IMG/VR virus record: IMGVR_UViG_3300036719_002804
DNA from: a virus
Strand: one strand, 5' to 3'
Length of the DNA stretch: 42,620 nt
The first letter of the stretch is position 1; every line of letters starts with the position of its first letter. The position numbers were made by a program, and so were the translations under genes. The notes under the pieces are model-generated. The model was not told the origin of the DNA. It worked only from the letters and a program-made list of their open reading frames with translations, and ran no database searches. Positions 41,043 through 42,620 of the stretch are shown piece after piece.

Positions 41043-42620
41043 TTGTCTGCATCCGGCAGTTCATTCACCGCCCCCGAGGAGCAGCAGCGGCATCTGGAAC
41101 AGCGGGCCGAGGAGGCCGCTGCCAACCGCGCCGCGATCGACCGGGCCCGGCTCCGGCAGCAGGAGCGCGAGAGCGTCACCGAGTACGGCAGCGTCCTGCT
41201 CCGCGCCCACGGCGAGCGTGTGGCCCTGGCGCTGGAGCACACCATCGGCCTGGCCATCACCCGCCAAGTGGTGGCCGGCCCGTATCACGCCGGCATGCGG
41301 CTGCTGTTCCACATAGGCGAGAAGGGGCCCCGCTCGATCGCTGCCGTGGCGCTCACCGTGGTGCTGGACCGGATCAGCCGGCCCGGTTCCCATAGATCAA
41401 TGGCCAACGCCATCGGCAAGGCGATCGAGACCGAGATCAGAACGCTGCCGGTTGAGGACAGGGGCCAGGATCTGCTGCGCATCGGCCGCCGCCGGCACGG
41501 CAAGGCCCTGGCATCAACCGAGAACCTCAAGGCGCTCGGGATCACGGCCGCCCCCTGGACCCGCGAGGAGCGCTTCCAGGTGGGTGCTTTCCTGCTGGGG
41601 CTGATCATCACCGAAACCCAGCTGCTGCGCACCTTCAAGTCGGTGAGCTGTCGCGGCCTGCAGCTGGCGCCCGCTGCAGCGGTGGCCGAGATCATTGCCG
41701 CCAATCCGCCGCGGCCCAGGCCGGCCCGCAAGCTGCCGATGCTCACCCAGCCCAGGCCATGGGCGGGGATGACCGGCGGCGGCCACCTGGGCAACACGCA
41801 GAAGCTGGTGCGCTCACGCCAGGGCCACCCCCTCGACTATCTGACCACTGAGGCGCTGGCCCCTGCCCTGCGGGTGGTGAACACCCTGCAGGCGCAGCAG
41901 CTGGAGATCGACCCATGGGTGCTGGCGCATCAGCGCATCGCCTGGGATGCCTCGATCCGGGGCCTGTTCCCGGTGAGCAGCCGGCCTCCGGAGCTGCCGC
42001 CCATGCCCCATGAGCTGGTGGGGCGTGAGGCGATGGCCCAGCGCCACCGGGATCTCGATGCCTGCCACAACGACCGCAGGGTCAACGCCCGCATCCGCAA
42101 CAGCATCGAGACATCAATTCGCCAGGCCGAGCAACTGGCCGGCCAGCCGATCTGGTTCAGCTACTGCATGGACATGCGGGGCAGGGTCTACACCGCCAAC
42201 CGGGCCACGACTCACCAGGGGCCGGACTGGGAGAAGGCCCAGGTGCTGGTGGCCAATGCCCGGCCCTGCGATGACCGCGCCGCCGACTGGATCTTCAAGG
42301 CAGCCGCGATCCACTGGGGGATCAAGGGCAGCTGGGTGGACCGGCTGCAGTGGGGGCGGGACCAGCTGGAGCGGATGCTGGCCGCGGCCGAAGACCCGGT
42401 AGAGCGGGCCCACCTGTGGCGCGATGCCAAGGAGCCCTGGCAGTTCCTGCAGTGTTGCCGGGCCATGCAGCTATGGCTGGAGGATCCGTCCCAGCCGATC
42501 CGGCAGCTGGTGCGGCTGGACCAGACCACCAGCGGGCCGGGGATCATGGCCGCCCTGGTGCGCGACCAGGCCATTGCCCGGGCGTGCAACCTGATCGGCA
42601 CCACCCGCCACGATCTCTAC
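41043..42620 (+). CDS. T7-like single-subunit RNA polymerase, N-terminal part (ORF runs off the window end and continues at 1..952)
   Basis: Hand-translated frame: ...PRPWAGMTGGGHLGN (cf. T7 PKPWTGITGGGYWAN), IWFSYCMDMRGRVYTAN (cf. T7 IWFPYNMDWRGRVYAV), EPWQFLQCCRAM (cf. T7 SPFCFLAFCFEY). There is no in-frame ATG near the 5' end. TTG at 41043 is the best candidate, so the start is uncertain. The in-frame stop upstream is at 40986. Confidence 0.85.
   Translation, partial: MSASGSSFTAPEEQQRHLEQRAEEAAANRAAIDRARLRQQERESVTEYGSVLLRAHGERVALALEHTIGLAITRQVVAGPYHAGMRLLFHIGEKGPRSIAAVALTVVLDRISRPGSHRSMANAIGKAIETEIRTLPVEDRGQDLLRIGRRRHGKALASTENLKALGITAAPWTREERFQVGAFLLGLIITETQLLRTFKSVSCRGLQLAPAAAVAEIIAANPPRPRPARKLPMLTQPRPWAGMTGGGHLGNTQKLVRSRQGHPLDYLTTEALAPALRVVNTLQAQQLEIDPWVLAHQRIAWDASIRGLFPVSSRPPELPPMPHELVGREAMAQRHRDLDACHNDRRVNARIRNSIETSIRQAEQLAGQPIWFSYCMDMRGRVYTANRATTHQGPDWEKAQVLVANARPCDDRAADWIFKAAAIHWGIKGSWVDRLQWGRDQLERMLAAAEDPVERAHLWRDAKEPWQFLQCCRAMQLWLEDPSQPIRQLVRLDQTTSGPGIMAALVRDQAIARACNLIGTTRHDLY
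42494..42620. repeat. Terminal overlap copy 2, identical to 1..127
   Basis: Exact 127-nt identity with the window start. Confidence 0.95.

Noticed and set aside
42494-42620. Reading the 127-nt end repeat as a genuine T7-style direct terminal repeat.
   Set aside because: It lies inside the RNAP coding frame and joins the two halves of that gene seamlessly. It is best explained as a circular-contig overlap.

Overview
The window is a complete, circularly closed phage genome. The first 127 nt (1..127) are identical to the last 127 nt (42494..42620), giving a 42,493-bp unit. The junction falls inside one ORF, a T7-like single-subunit RNA polymerase that starts near 41043 and ends at 952, so the overlap looks like an assembly artefact rather than a real terminal repeat. 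The sequence is GC-rich by eye and densely coded, with many ATGA/GTGA start-stop overlaps.

Architecture:
- 1..8423 (+): early and DNA-metabolism genes. These are a gp2.5-like SSB, a RusA resolvase, a ParB-like protein, an NrdR-like Zn-ribbon protein, an RHH protein plus an N6-adenine methyltransferase, a minimal Pol X and a gp6-like 5'-3' exonuclease.
- 8431..31049 (+): a canonical T7-order structural block. It runs gp6.7/7.3-like, portal, scaffold, capsid, a strong terminator, gp11, gp12, gp13, gp14, three giant internal virion proteins, tail fibre and small membrane/lysis proteins.
- 30939..35076: an atypical arm read mostly on the minus strand. It holds a two-domain lysin, the large terminase, a hypothetical and a wHTH regulator. 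A plus-strand TerS-like gene is sandwiched between the lysin and TerL.
- 35077..35811: a structured noncoding region.
- 35812..40769 (+): an accessory/lysogeny arm. It holds ArdC-like and pentapeptide-repeat proteins, small membrane proteins, two MarR-like wHTH proteins and a tyrosine integrase.
- 40770..41042: an attP-like intergenic region containing a tRNA(CAU)-like 5' half.

Most notable observations:
- No replicative DNA polymerase or primase-helicase is present, despite the T7-like RNAP and virion module.
- A 1316-aa ejected polyvalent protein carries a ParB-like domain and a PARP-like (H-Y-E) ADP-ribosyltransferase domain.
- Three intercistronic double-hairpin repeats show compensatory base changes and are fused to (CCA)n leaders that replace Shine-Dalgarno sites.
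- A perfect 26-bp palindrome contains the divergent lysin and TerS start codons.

All protein calls rest on my reading of motifs in the supplied translations. No searches were run.
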